A DNA stretch of 64,000 nucleotides from a virus. The translations under genes were made by a program, and so were the position numbers. Of the stretch, positions 17,602 through 28,202 are shown piece by piece. Below the pieces are notes generated by a model that saw nothing but the letters and a program-made list of their open reading frames with translations, did no database searches and had not been told where the DNA came from. The stretch's first letter is position 1. Every line of letters begins with the position of its first letter. The stretch is taken from IMG/VR virus record IMGVR_UViG_3300043427_003402; one strand, written 5' to 3'.

Positions 17602-19598
17602 GTTGGCTCCAGCCGCAACACGACGACATGACCGGCGATTACTTCTCCGGCGGTTCACAGGGTTTGCTGCAGCAGACGTTGATGGGCCAGTCTCAGTTCT
17701 TTAACTTTGAAGGGTTCTTTCTCCCTTCGACAGTTAAGGAACTTTTCAAGTACAGCGCGTACACGGTCCTGACTAGCTCGTCCGTAAATCCTGTTGTCGA
17801 GAAGATGGCGGAGTACCCTATCACGGACTTCGTTTTCCAGCCTTACGTGGATGAGGATTTAGACGAAAAGGACCAGCAAGCATTTCTGGACGCAAATAAA
17901 GCCCTCGTGGAGAAGTGGCAAGAGATAGCACGAGAACTACGCTTTAAAGAATTTGCGATGACCGCCGCCATGAACTACCAGACGTACGGTAATGCCTTTT
18001 CGGGCGTCTATCAGCCATTTGACCGGCACCTAGTGTGCAAGCTTTGTAAAAACGAGGAACGCGCCAAAACTGCCAAATGGGACTGGGATAAAGGTTCGCT
18101 GCAGTTCATCCTGACGTGCAGCGCGTGCGGCAAGAAAAAGGCGGCCGACGTGCACGATGTGATGGTGAGCGACTGGCGCCGCGTCAACCTTATTCCTTAC
18201 TACCCTGGCCATTTTGACATCGACTACGACCCGTATTCGGGTGTCACGGAGTACTATTACACTATCCAAGAAAACGAGCTCGACAAAATTAAAAAGGGCG
18301 ACCGCCTGCGCCTTATCCACACGCCGATAGACGTGATCGACGCTGCGCGACTCGCGCGCGGAGGCCGCGCAAAGACGCCGCGGGTCAAGTTTTACAAGAA
18401 CAACGTGTACCACCTGCCTCGTGCGTCGTTCAACCTGCCTGGCACAGAGACGCCTTGGGGCATCCCAAATACGATCGCCGCGTTACGCGACATGTTCTAT
18501 TTGAACATGATGAAGCGCGCCCAGCTCGCGTTGCTGCTTGAGCATATCGTGCCCTTGCAAATCATATTCCCTGCTGTTGACGTCGGCGTAAACACGACGA
18601 TTCCGATTAACTTGAACGACTGGCGCAAGACTTACCAGAAGGAGCTAATCAAGTGGAAGCGCGACCCGCTTTACAAGATCCTGTCGCCTATCCCACTGTC
18701 TAGCACGCAGCTGGGCGGCCAGGGCAAGGCCCTGATGCTTTATCCGGAGATGGAGCAAACCGAAAACTCGATTGTAAACGCCCTGAACGCGCCGATCGAG
18801 TTTATTCGCGGCGGCTTGACTTACACCGGGTCCAGCGTGAGCCTGCGCATGTTAGAGAATTCGCTACTCAACCAAGTAGCAGGGCTCACGCGCATGTTTC
18901 AGTGGATCGTTAACAACATCTCTAACATCAGCGGCTTGAAGCGCGTGAAGGTTAGCTTCAAGAAGTTCAAGATGGCGGACGACATCCAAGGTAAGCAGTT
19001 GTTGACGACGCTTTATCAGCTTGGGCTAGTGTCCGGCGAGACGTTGCTACGGTCGCATGACCTTGACTACGAGTACGAGACCAAGACGCGTACGGCGGAG
19101 AACCTTGAAAAGGCGCTCACGGACGCCAAGGCGCAGGCGCAAGCTGCCACTAACTTGCAGGCGCTGCAGTCGATCCTAACTAACGCCCTTCCGCCGGAGA
19201 CGACGATCGCCGCGCCGACCATCCCCGCCAACCAAGTCGAAATGCTGTTCGAGACGTTCCAGCGGATGCAGCCCGCTCAGGCACAGAAAGCGCTGCAGAC
19301 ACTCAGCGAACAGAGCCCTGAAGCTGCCCGCGCGCTGCAGACGCGGCTCAGTACTGACCCCGGCGCGGCAGCTAACCAAACAAAGCAGCTGATGACAATG
19401 GCGCCGGAGCAGCGCGACATGGCTTTGCAGGATCTCAGCCAGCAAAACCCGGTTATGGCGGCCATCGTCGAAAATATGATGGCGCAGTTTGGGCCGGCTA
19501 CGGTCCAGCTGGGCCAGCAGCCGCAAGGTAACGGCAAGGTAGAGAAGGCGATGCCCGAGCAGCGCCCGCCCACCCGCGCAGGGGGAAGTCCGGTCTAA
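17598..19598 (+). CDS. probable portal protein with Zn-ribbon insertion
   Basis: 666 aa; KMAEYPIT, YQTYGNAF, PWGIP, NAPIEFIRGG..YTGSSVSLR pattern fits portal fold order; CKLC...CSAC insert; Q/A-rich C-tail. Confidence 0.6.
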   Translation: MSWLQPQHDDMTGDYFSGGSQGLLQQTLMGQSQFFNFEGFFLPSTVKELFKYSAYTVLTSSSVNPVVEKMAEYPITDFVFQPYVDEDLDEKDQQAFLDANKALVEKWQEIARELRFKEFAMTAAMNYQTYGNAFSGVYQPFDRHLVCKLCKNEERAKTAKWDWDKGSLQFILTCSACGKKKAADVHDVMVSDWRRVNLIPYYPGHFDIDYDPYSGVTEYYYTIQENELDKIKKGDRLRLIHTPIDVIDAARLARGGRAKTPRVKFYKNNVYHLPRASFNLPGTETPWGIPNTIAALRDMFYLNMMKRAQLALLLEHIVPLQIIFPAVDVGVNTTIPINLNDWRKTYQKELIKWKRDPLYKILSPIPLSSTQLGGQGKALMLYPEMEQTENSIVNALNAPIEFIRGGLTYTGSSVSLRMLENSLLNQVAGLTRMFQWIVNNISNISGLKRVKVSFKKFKMADDIQGKQLLTTLYQLGLVSGETLLRSHDLDYEYETKTRTAENLEKALTDAKAQAQAATNLQALQSILTNALPPETTIAAPTIPANQVEMLFETFQRMQPAQAQKALQTLSEQSPEAARALQTRLSTDPGAAANQTKQLMTMAPEQRDMALQDLSQQNPVMAAIVENMMAQFGPATVQLGQQPQGNGKVEKAMPEQRPPTRAGGSPV

Positions 19599-19601
19599 CG
19601 C

Positions 19602-21122
19602 TTAGCGATAGAGGAACGTTAAAACGTCTAGCGCTTTAACAGGCACCACCGCGTCGTGGTACAGCACCGCGTTGTCGTTCACGATAAATTCCGTAGGTTG
19701 CACGATCCGAGCACCGTTTAAGGCAGCGATGACCGCACTCGGTTCAACGGGTGGCCGCCGCAACGAATAAACTAATGGTTTACCGCTCTCTGCTACGGTG
19801 ACCTGGTGCGTCTCTAACGTCAACCGCGCGGCCAGCATCAGGCTCTTAAAAAACACGACCGTAACGCGGTCTGTTGGCAGCAACGGGAAAGGGCCGGCCC
19901 ACGTCACTTGTCGATTACTGGGAAACTGCAAAAACGGGCTTCCCACGTACATCTCTCCACCGTACGTTTCGCCAGCAGAGACTACAACGAGCGACTTGCG
20001 AATATCGGCCGCTTTTTCGTTCAGGTCGAAAGTTGGAAACCCAGAGTAACCTGTAAATTCAGCAAACTTTACCGCGTCGGCCGCGGGCTGCTCTACAAAT
20101 CCTAATAGGGAGAGCACGTCGCCTACGCCGATGTTTAGCGCGTCGTCCCAGGTCAACGCGCCTTGCGAGAGCGTGTACCCGGATCCCTGTACGTACACCA
20201 AGCCGTTGACTGATAGCAGCGACTTCTTTGACGGGTTGTCGATCGGCAACGGTCCGGTAAGCGGTGCGCTGAGCGCCCGCGTCGTAGTCCTGAACACCTG
20301 CCGGCCTAAGCGCCCCGTTTCATTTACTTTCTTGAAGTATGTCGAGTCTGCCAAGTGCGCAAACGTCACCAGCTCACCGTGACTCGCCTGCAGGGGTGTC
20401 AGCAGTGACACGTCGTCGCCCGCCACCGCGTAGTCCGAATCGACGAAGTAACGCAGCCCACGGAAGTACACGCGGCTGCTATGCGGTTGGGTGGCTTGTA
20501 AACTGAGACGGAAGTTATTAGGTGACGAGGGCTGTACAGGCACAGCTTCATAGTGTTGCAGCTCAGCGCCCTCCGCAGTACGGGCCAAGATGATTACTAG
20601 CCGGTCTGTGGGCTTTAACCCCCCGGATGCCCACTCCAAATAATTTTGCCGAATACGGAACGCCCCTGACGCGTTGCCGAAGAAGAATCCGTTAAGAAAT
20701 ACTTCCACATCGTAGCCCCGCGGCTCGGTTAGTAACTCAAACCTACGTTGGCCTACGTGTGTGATAGGCAAAACTTGCTTGTACCGGTGCTGTTGCTCCG
20801 CGCCTACGGCTTCAAATGTTAAGACCGTACCCACGGGCAGCACCCCGAGCTGCCATATCAGGGCTTTCTTTTCGATCCGAAAATCGGGTTCAAAATAGGT
20901 TTTACGGTTGATGACCACCGAACGAATGCTGCCCGCTGGCGGCTCTTGGGCAAGCCCGAAGCGCGTCTGGTGCAGCAGACCGACCGTCAGCACTTCACGC
21001 TGGGTCGGGTACGCCGTGGTTTCGTTGGCTATGACCGGAACCTCAAGAAACGAGGGCAGGTGGTTGCCTGAGCGGTTAATGCCGGACTCCGAAATATGGA
21101 CGTCGCGTTCGTTAAAGCTCAT
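19602..21122 (-). CDS. tail/baseplate protein with tandem beta-sandwich repeats
   Basis: repeated V(F/Y)xNG...Y/F...W units of ~75-85 aa. Confidence 0.6.
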   Translation of the reverse strand: MSFNERDVHISESGINRSGNHLPSFLEVPVIANETTAYPTQREVLTVGLLHQTRFGLAQEPPAGSIRSVVINRKTYFEPDFRIEKKALIWQLGVLPVGTVLTFEAVGAEQQHRYKQVLPITHVGQRRFELLTEPRGYDVEVFLNGFFFGNASGAFRIRQNYLEWASGGLKPTDRLVIILARTAEGAELQHYEAVPVQPSSPNNFRLSLQATQPHSSRVYFRGLRYFVDSDYAVAGDDVSLLTPLQASHGELVTFAHLADSTYFKKVNETGRLGRQVFRTTTRALSAPLTGPLPIDNPSKKSLLSVNGLVYVQGSGYTLSQGALTWDDALNIGVGDVLSLLGFVEQPAADAVKFAEFTGYSGFPTFDLNEKAADIRKSLVVVSAGETYGGEMYVGSPFLQFPSNRQVTWAGPFPLLPTDRVTVVFFKSLMLAARLTLETHQVTVAESGKPLVYSLRRPPVEPSAVIAALNGARIVQPTEFIVNDNAVLYHDAVVPVKALDVLTFLYR

Positions 21123-21124
21123 GC

Positions 21125-24100
21125 TTACTCCACGTAGTTCGCGTCGCAGTACGTCACAAATGCTTTGGCGGGGTCGCTGATCGAAAAGGCGTTGTCCTGT
21201 GAGACGTAGGCCAACACCCGCACGTTACGCTGGTCTTTGACTAAGCACGCCCACGCCAAGAAGCCGGCACCGGGAGTACCGACGCCCAGCCCGAAGTCAA
21301 CCGAACCATCAATACCAAACTGCGTCCCTTCGACTGGCAGCAGCCCCCGCGATTGCAAGGTTACGGGGTCATTAAACACGGTCTCCGGGTCGGCAGCGCC
21401 GAGCCCGAGCACCGCACCTTTAACGCCAGGAAGCTTTTCAGCAAGCGGCGCAAAGTAATTAGGGGAGCGGTTTGCAGCGCTGCTGTTACTCGCAATCACA
21501 AGGCCACGGTGCAACAGCTCAAACTGCTCGCCTCCCGCAATCGGTGCAAACGGGTGGCTGGCGTAAGCATACAGTATGCGCAGCTGGTCCGTAGGCGCAA
21601 GCGCTGCCGACCACAAAATGGCAAGCTGCAAATTAAACGAGCCGGCGTTTAAAATGTAGTAACCCTGCACCGGATCAAGCTGCCATTTTCCTTGTTGAGT
21701 GACAGGCAGCGCGGCAAAGTCCGCAGCGCTCAGCGTGAGATTGACCTGCACAAAGTTACGGTCCACCCCGGTTACTGTGGCAGGGTAAAGGTACCCGTCA
21801 AGGAATGCGCCCTGCACCGTCGCGGAGTTCGCCACGCGCACAAAGTTGTACACCCCGCGCAAGACTCTGCCCTCTGGCAGCGCAACGCCATATACTGGCC
21901 GCTCACCCAGCACCGTTGTACTGTGAAGCACGGCCTCTGCGAAATCCGTAACCGCGCGGTTTTCAGGTATGATGTTGCACACCCTACCCGCCATCAACAA
22001 CTCGAGCCGCGCTTCGTCTCCGGCGGCTACCGCCGCGGTCAAAACTACGGAATGATTTGCACCGCCGAGCTGCACAGTCTTAATACCCAATACGGCATCG
22101 TCGGCCACCCGCACGACACTGCGCACGCCAATAACAGCAACTCCGCCGATTTCGGCCGGCACGCTTAGCAGCGACGTACCGTCCGCCACGGCCACGAGGT
22201 TGACAGTAAAAGCCCCGCACGCGTCCACCGGGCCTACCGGCCGCAGTTGCGCGGGTAAGCTGTTAAACGTGAAATTTTGCGCGGGCCCGGGTGTCGCAGC
22301 GTTCAACGGCGCCCCGTTCAGCGTCACTTCTAAAATCTGTGACGGAACGTTACTCAGGAACGCCTCAGGGCGCTGGGTGGCGGCAAAAGAGACCGAGATT
22401 AAGCCTGCGGCCTGGAACGTCGCAGCGGAAGCGTCCACCGTGCCGACTGCGCTTACAGCGTCCGCGCCAACCGTCCACGGTCCTGTGAGTTGTACGGGTT
22501 GCCCCGTCGATACCCACACCAGCTGCACTACCGGCTGCACGCCGCCGGCTCCGCCTAGGAAAAGGTTTGCACCCGACGGCGCATTAAGCGTCAGCGCGCG
22601 GGTACCGTCTTCAAAAGCAATCACCGGCCCCGTCGCGTCCAAGTTTGCCACAAAATTAGCGCCGACCCAGTAAACTGCCGACGCCGCCGACCAGTCACGC
22701 CGCGCACCGTCCGGCGCGCCGAACATGTGCGCACCCGCAAGCACCGTGCCTGCAAGAGCGTCGAGTTGTACAGGACGCTTGCTTCGGTACCAAGGCAACT
22801 GCGTAGCGGCCCCGAGCTTGTTCGGGTGCGCACCGCGCAGAATGGCCTGCAGCGCACGGCCGAAAGCAGCAGCGTGGTTTAACCCGTGCTGGCGCAGCAC
22901 CGGCCCTGGCAACTCAACCTCGTCCATGTGAATAAAATTGTGCTGCTTACCGTCAGGTCTCGTAGCGGCTGCGCCGCCCGTTAAATTCGTGTCGGCAAAC
23001 GGGGCCTGATTGAATCGGTACACCAGCGCCAAAGGCAGCGCATAGCTCTTACCGTCAGCTGCGTCGGCGTAGGAGCTGAAGAAGTGCCCATCAGCCGCCC
23101 GTGCGAATGTGCCGCCCCCAAGCCCCGTGATGTTGGGCTGGAGCATTAGCACCTGTGCGTCCGCGTACTGTACGCCCGGCACTACAACGAGGCGCGCGCG
23201 CGCGACGATGTAGCCCCCACCGGGCACTGCTTGGAAAAACTCGCCATTTACAGGCGGGGAAGGCTCTACCCGGCGATACAGCTCTACAAAGAGCAAGTCT
23301 AGCCGTCCGTCCGTAGTTGGTGCGTCGGGGAAGCTCACCGGCTGTTCTGGGATGTTATACTCAACACCATCCACCACCGCGACGTTTTGATGCAAGAGCA
23401 GATACTTCTGTACCAGAGCTGAGGTACTGACACGCACGGGGCGCACAAACCCTGACGGCAATGTCATATTTTGGACAACGATCGAGGTCCCGGACTGGGG
23501 ATTGGAGTCCGTGGTCTGCGAGGCGAGCACCCACCTGACTACCTGTAACCCGGTAGCGCCGAACGGCACATCGCCGTAGGCCACCAAGATACCCGCTCCG
23601 GGAATGTACGCCAGCCCTGCCTCTACCTCGCCGGATGCCGGGTTAACCCAAATGTAGATGCGTTCGCCGATAATCGCGGGTACGTCGTAGGTAAATGTGT
23701 AGTCTGTTTTGGTCTCAATAACGGTGTAGGCTACGCCCTGCGGTGTCAGGTACCGCCGCAGGACCCGCACAGGGTGAACGGTCAAGGTCGGCCCAGAACC
23801 TTCAATATCTGACGCGCGCGCGACAACGAAGTTAAACTCGTCGCTATTACGTGCCACCACTTCGCCCTGCAGCACTTCACCCAGCACAGAGAAGGCGATC
23901 AGAGGCTTGTTAAATTCGGCATCGCCAAACCGCATGCCCGCTGTGTACAAGTCTTGCGCGTCCAGCGGGTTGTAGCTCGTGAGCAAGCGCGACACTTGCC
24001 GCTCATCAAACGACAAAGAGAGTTGCTGCAGGGCGGTCGCGCCCGCGGGCCAGCTAACCTTGGCAAGCACAATAAATCCGGTGGTCGGCTCGGCAATCAA

Positions 24101-24391
24101 GGTGATGTCGTTAGTGACCGCGGCGTCGAACGCTACGAATGCGTGCCCTGCCTGCGCGGAGATAAGCAATGTGTAAATAGGCGCGTCTAAGGGTGACGGC
24201 CGGGTTGCAGAGAAGGAAAAGGGGGACTGCAGCTGCCCAAATTGCACGACAACTTTTCGGCCCGGTGCACCGAACCCCAAATTGCGCCCGTCCTCAGTCC
24301 GCACAGTCATCGCGGTGACGTCAATACCGGTCTGCAACGTGTTTATGGTGACGTTACCGCCGTGAAATACGCCATACGATCCTACTTGCAT
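21125..24391 (-). CDS. large tail fibre/baseplate structural protein
   Basis: 1088 aa beta-rich; RLDLLFVELY, YALPLALVYRFN, RPDG motifs seen in myovirus fibre-base proteins. Confidence 0.6.
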   Translation of the reverse strand: MQVGSYGVFHGGNVTINTLQTGIDVTAMTVRTEDGRNLGFGAPGRKVVVQFGQLQSPFSFSATRPSPLDAPIYTLLISAQAGHAFVAFDAAVTNDITLIAEPTTGFIVLAKVSWPAGATALQQLSLSFDERQVSRLLTSYNPLDAQDLYTAGMRFGDAEFNKPLIAFSVLGEVLQGEVVARNSDEFNFVVARASDIEGSGPTLTVHPVRVLRRYLTPQGVAYTVIETKTDYTFTYDVPAIIGERIYIWVNPASGEVEAGLAYIPGAGILVAYGDVPFGATGLQVVRWVLASQTTDSNPQSGTSIVVQNMTLPSGFVRPVRVSTSALVQKYLLLHQNVAVVDGVEYNIPEQPVSFPDAPTTDGRLDLLFVELYRRVEPSPPVNGEFFQAVPGGGYIVARARLVVVPGVQYADAQVLMLQPNITGLGGGTFARAADGHFFSSYADAADGKSYALPLALVYRFNQAPFADTNLTGGAAATRPDGKQHNFIHMDEVELPGPVLRQHGLNHAAAFGRALQAILRGAHPNKLGAATQLPWYRSKRPVQLDALAGTVLAGAHMFGAPDGARRDWSAASAVYWVGANFVANLDATGPVIAFEDGTRALTLNAPSGANLFLGGAGGVQPVVQLVWVSTGQPVQLTGPWTVGADAVSAVGTVDASAATFQAAGLISVSFAATQRPEAFLSNVPSQILEVTLNGAPLNAATPGPAQNFTFNSLPAQLRPVGPVDACGAFTVNLVAVADGTSLLSVPAEIGGVAVIGVRSVVRVADDAVLGIKTVQLGGANHSVVLTAAVAAGDEARLELLMAGRVCNIIPENRAVTDFAEAVLHSTTVLGERPVYGVALPEGRVLRGVYNFVRVANSATVQGAFLDGYLYPATVTGVDRNFVQVNLTLSAADFAALPVTQQGKWQLDPVQGYYILNAGSFNLQLAILWSAALAPTDQLRILYAYASHPFAPIAGGEQFELLHRGLVIASNSSAANRSPNYFAPLAEKLPGVKGAVLGLGAADPETVFNDPVTLQSRGLLPVEGTQFGIDGSVDFGLGVGTPGAGFLAWACLVKDQRNVRVLAYVSQDNAFSISDPAKAFVTYCDANYVE

Positions 24392-24404
24392 GTTTTAGCC
24401 CTTT

Positions 24405-24923
24405 TCAGATGAAACGGATCTGCCAGTTCACCGAGAGGCGAAGCTGCTGGAATTTGTAAACTCCGGGAAACTTAAACCGGGCAAACAGAAGCCCCCCTGC
24501 AGACTTGAGGCCGACTTCCGTATACGTGTAGCCCGTACCGACGTCACGGGGCAGGGTGCTTGAAAACACGACGCTGTCTTCCTCGGCGGGATACCCGACA
24601 GGGCGAATGATGTTCGACGCGATGATCTCGTTATTCAGCGCGGTGTCTGTCCGCAGAGGCTCGGTCGTAGTACCATCTGCTTGCCCGACGCCCCACGCCA
24701 CGGTCGCAATCGGCCCATCCGTTTCACCCGCGAGCGACCGCGCCATAATTTTCCGTGCGCTGTACGTGATCGTATTGAACCGGTGGTAAGAAACCACCTT
24801 ACCGTGATCGGGGCTGGTAGGGTCGTCGATTGTCCCCTCAATTCCGACGATACCGAAGTAACCCGTGTCGACGTGCTCGATCTTTTTCAGGATCTCCGCC
24901 TCGGAGGGTGGTTTATCGTGCAT
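24405..24923 (-). CDS. tail-fibre attachment/baseplate wedge protein
   Basis: AWGVG...DTAL..E, YTEVGL....LFAR motifs. Confidence 0.65.
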   Translation of the reverse strand: MHDKPPSEAEILKKIEHVDTGYFGIVGIEGTIDDPTSPDHGKVVSYHRFNTITYSARKIMARSLAGETDGPIATVAWGVGQADGTTTEPLRTDTALNNEIIASNIIRPVGYPAEEDSVVFSSTLPRDVGTGYTYTEVGLKSAGGLLFARFKFPGVYKFQQLRLSVNWQIRFI

Positions 24924-24927
24924 GAAC

Positions 24928-25803
24928 TTAAAGTCCTATATCGTGCAGAACGTCGCCCATCTCGGCCGCTATTCGTTTACGCAGCTGTAACAGCGTCTCT
25001 TCTAAGTCTTTACTAATCTGATTATAGCTCCGACCGATCTGTACGCCAAAGCCATTAACCCCAGGGACCAGTTCACCGTCTTCAATTACTGTTAGCTTAC
25101 CTGTAATCGCTCGTTTGTTGTGCTCGGCGTCTTCAAAGTAGATTCCAAGGTACTGGCAAACCAGAACACCCTCTACCGCAGGCAGTTCCGCAAGCAGCTC
25201 CAGTATCTCCTTTGTGAGGGCTGCGGAGACGTACTGGTTCTCGGCCGAACCTGAAACGAGTTGCGCGTCGGCGGCCAGCGCCGCGACCGCGGAGAAGTCA
25301 TCGTCGGTAGTATCGGTGCCAGTTTCGTACTGCCTGAAGTTAGGGGCGTCAAACGACCACGTGCCCGCGGCCAGCGCACGAAGTTGAAACTTGCTGAACT
25401 TTTCGTAACTTTTACGCTCCGCTTCCGTCACGCTGTTGGGGTCGCGCTCCAGCTTGTTCAAGTGCGTCTTCAGCTCAACGAGCTTCAGGAAAGGAATGGT
25501 AGCCATGTAACCCATTTTGCTCATGTGATCCGTCAACGCGCGCTTAATAATCCAAAAGGCATACGTTATCAACTTGTTCTTGCAGGTCAGGTCGAACGTT
25601 TTGATAGCCGTCATCATGCCGATGTTGGCCTCTTGCATGACGTCTTCCATCGCCACCCAATCTGGGTACGTGATACGGTTAACGAGCATCTTTATAAAAG
25701 AGCGGTGCCGCTTCAGCAGCGCCATCATCGCATCGCCATCTCCGGACTGCGCACGGCGGATGAGTTCAAGCTCGTCAGTCTTTTCTTTGCTCACTCTGGG
25801 CAT
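24928..25803 (-). CDS. sigma-70-family RNA polymerase sigma factor
   Basis: LIRRAQSGD.DA (r1.2/2.1), EDVMQEANIGMMTAIKTFD....KLITYAFWII (r2.2-2.4), SFDAP (r3.2); region 4 divergent. Confidence 0.85.
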   Translation of the reverse strand: MPRVSKEKTDELELIRRAQSGDGDAMMALLKRHRSFIKMLVNRITYPDWVAMEDVMQEANIGMMTAIKTFDLTCKNKLITYAFWIIKRALTDHMSKMGYMATIPFLKLVELKTHLNKLERDPNSVTEAERKSYEKFSKFQLRALAAGTWSFDAPNFRQYETGTDTTDDDFSAVAALAADAQLVSGSAENQYVSAALTKEILELLAELPAVEGVLVCQYLGIYFEDAEHNKRAITGKLTVIEDGELVPGVNGFGVQIGRSYNQISKDLEETLLQLRKRIAAEMGDVLHDIGL

Positions 25804-26185
25804 TCGTCTTTATCCTGTACTGTACTGTAGGGTCATTCTGGTAAGACAACACGGCACGTCGGACTACTAATGAGTGAGTGTCGTGCAACTGCTTTGGCGC
25901 GCAGACCATCAGGATAGTTCTACTGAGATCAGTTAGGTCAAAATTCTCGGGCCGTTCCGCCGTGGCGGCTAACGCCTCAAACTCTAACCGGTTCTCATCA
26001 AAGGTTAAGCTGAAGTCACGGCAAAAGCAACCGTTTTCTGCAAGCAGAATTAACGATGTTTCAACAGCCACACAAAATTCTAAAAAGTTCATTGCTTTTT
26101 CTGCGCTCGCCTGCGCAAGCATTTCCTGTACGGCGGCAGTCGCCTGCGTTGTCAAGTCGCACTCGGAAACTTTTTCGGAAATCAT
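25775..26185 (-). CDS. hypothetical protein upstream of sigma factor
   Basis: 136-aa ORF, AAAGGTG RBS, overlaps the sigma start. Confidence 0.5.
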   Translation of the reverse strand: MISEKVSECDLTTQATAAVQEMLAQASAEKAMNFLEFCVAVETSLILLAENGCFCRDFSLTFDENRLEFEALAATAERPENFDLTDLSRTILMVCAPKQLHDTHSLVVRRAVLSYQNDPTVQYRIKTNAQSEQRKD

Positions 26186-26216
26186 CGCGCACCTTTCTGT
26201 AGAATTAGAATGTTTA

Positions 26217-26231
26217 GGTGATAACTATAAT
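26217..26231 (+). promoter_or_regulatory. candidate late promoter GGTGATAACTATAAT
   Basis: resembles GGTGATAATT at 33273 and 53800; includes TATAAT; ~20 nt upstream of sheath ATG. Confidence 0.45.
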
Positions 26232-26251
26232 GAGCACCCAAGGAGGACACT

Positions 26252-28192
26252 ATGGCAGTACAGAGAATGATTCGACCTGGCGTCGAAATTCAACAAGAGT
26301 TCGCATCCCAGACAGCTTCGCTGTCAGCGGCCCCGCTCCTCCCGACGGTAATCGTTGGGGTGAACGTGCAGTCCGTCGCCGGAGCGTCTGCTGGTGATTA
26401 TACTGGTACCAGCTTGGTTTTTGCATACCCAAATTTGGAATTTGGCGCAGTCGTCGACCTTAGCTCGGTCGCGGTCACGTTGAAGAACGTAAAGCTGCGC
26501 GTTTTGGCTCGCGCCACCGTCGACACGACTTTCACGAACGACGTTGCCACCAGCAGCTCAAGTAACTTCCTGACGGCCAACGTTGCGCCCGACGACTTGT
26601 TTATTGCCACTTCTGGTAGCATCTCGTACACCGCTAAGGTGCTGGCGGTCGTGTCCGCGACAGAATTGAAACTCGATCGGTACCTGCCATTCGCGACCGC
26701 TTCGTTTAAGATCCTGCGCGCTTCGTCCGACCTGCAGGTGGCCGCCGCGAACGTTACGGCCGACACCTCGACGGTCACGGTTGCCGCGAGCTTGGCGGTC
26801 GGCGGGTTGCCGATTGACGCCGGCAACGTCTTCGTGTCGTTTGACGCCGTGCGCACCTTGACGCAGAACACGCTGACCGAAATTACAACGGCCGCCGAGA
26901 TTACCGGTAAGCTGGGCGCTCCGTCGCTGAAGAACAAGTTGGCGCTCGGGGTACAGTGCGCGAAGGGCAACACGATCACGCCTGTTTACGCCCTCGCAAT
27001 CGCCAACGAGTCGCCCGCCGCGTATTTGGAAGCTTTCGACTTTTTGACCAACAGCCAGGCCGGTACGGACGGCATTTACACTATTGTTGCCTTGACGCAG
27101 GACACCACTGTTGCCTCGATGCTCAAGCAGCACGTTGAGCAGATGGCCGACCCGGTGCGGTCTAAGTTCCGTACGGCCATCGTCAACTTGCCGCATCCGA
27201 CCGAAGCCACCGTTATTCAGCAGACCGAAGTAGGCAGCTTGACACGGGCGTCTGGCTTCGTTACGTTGGCCCACCCGACGGCCAGCTTTAGCGGCGTCGT
27301 GAACGTCGGCGATTACGTGACGGTCTCGGCGCGTACGACTACTGCGCCGCTGACGGCCAATGCGGCCCGTGCCGGCGTGTACCGGGTGTTGGCGGTTCAA
27401 AGCAACGGCGTGTTGCAGTTGGACAGCCAGTTTTACACGGGCGGCAACGGCAACTACGTTACGGGCGCAGCGATCGCAGCCGATTTCGCAGCAGACTCGG
27501 TGGACTTCAAAATTATTCGCGTACTGGATAAAGCCGGCCAAGCGCAAGCGATCGCTGAGACCGCTTCCTCCTTCGGTAACCGCCGCATCATCTACGTGAC
27601 CAACGCCACCTGCACGCTGACAATCGGCACAGCAGACGTACAAGTCCCTGGCTACTATTTGGCAGCCGCCATCGCGGGCATGTCGTCCGGCAACCAGCCG
27701 CATCAAGGCTTCACCAACCTTGGCCTGAGCGGTGTCAAAGCCGTGCAATTTGGCAACACCTACTTTAAAGAAGACCAGATGGGTCTGATTGCGGGCTCTG
27801 GCGGGTTCTTGGTGGAGCAGCGCTCGCCGACTGCGCTTCCGACTGCGTTCTACCAGACCACCACGGACACCAGCCGCTTGGAGACCAAGGAATACTCGAT
27901 CACCAAGACTGTTGACTACTTCTGCATCGGGCTCAAAGCGCAGCTGCAGCGCCAGATTGGCATCGCAAACGTGTACGCCGGGACTCTGGCGGCGTTGGCG
28001 AACGCGGTCGAAGCGTGGCACACGTACTTGAAGGACCGCTCATTCCCCTTGATCGGTTCGCCGTTGCTCGACGCCAAGCTGTCCTCAGTCGTGCAAGATC
28101 CACTGCAACGCGACACGGTTATCATCGTGGATGACATCACTGTTCCGACCCCCCTGAACCGCGTCCGCGTGCGCGTACGTGTAGCCATCTAA
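26252..28192 (+). CDS. contractile tail sheath protein
   Basis: RPGVEIQQE N-terminus; VPGYYLAAAIAG, HQGFTN, VPTPLNRVRV C-terminus; followed by tube genes. Confidence 0.9.
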   Translation: MAVQRMIRPGVEIQQEFASQTASLSAAPLLPTVIVGVNVQSVAGASAGDYTGTSLVFAYPNLEFGAVVDLSSVAVTLKNVKLRVLARATVDTTFTNDVATSSSSNFLTANVAPDDLFIATSGSISYTAKVLAVVSATELKLDRYLPFATASFKILRASSDLQVAAANVTADTSTVTVAASLAVGGLPIDAGNVFVSFDAVRTLTQNTLTEITTAAEITGKLGAPSLKNKLALGVQCAKGNTITPVYALAIANESPAAYLEAFDFLTNSQAGTDGIYTIVALTQDTTVASMLKQHVEQMADPVRSKFRTAIVNLPHPTEATVIQQTEVGSLTRASGFVTLAHPTASFSGVVNVGDYVTVSARTTTAPLTANAARAGVYRVLAVQSNGVLQLDSQFYTGGNGNYVTGAAIAADFAADSVDFKIIRVLDKAGQAQAIAETASSFGNRRIIYVTNATCTLTIGTADVQVPGYYLAAAIAGMSSGNQPHQGFTNLGLSGVKAVQFGNTYFKEDQMGLIAGSGGFLVEQRSPTALPTAFYQTTTDTSRLETKEYSITKTVDYFCIGLKAQLQRQIGIANVYAGTLAALANAVEAWHTYLKDRSFPLIGSPLLDAKLSSVVQDPLQRDTVIIVDDITVPTPLNRVRVRVRVAI

Positions 28193-28202
28193 GAGGTGAC
28201 CA

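Noticed and set aside
26558-28021. 487-aa minus-strand ORF
   Set aside because: Antisense shadow of the tail sheath gene
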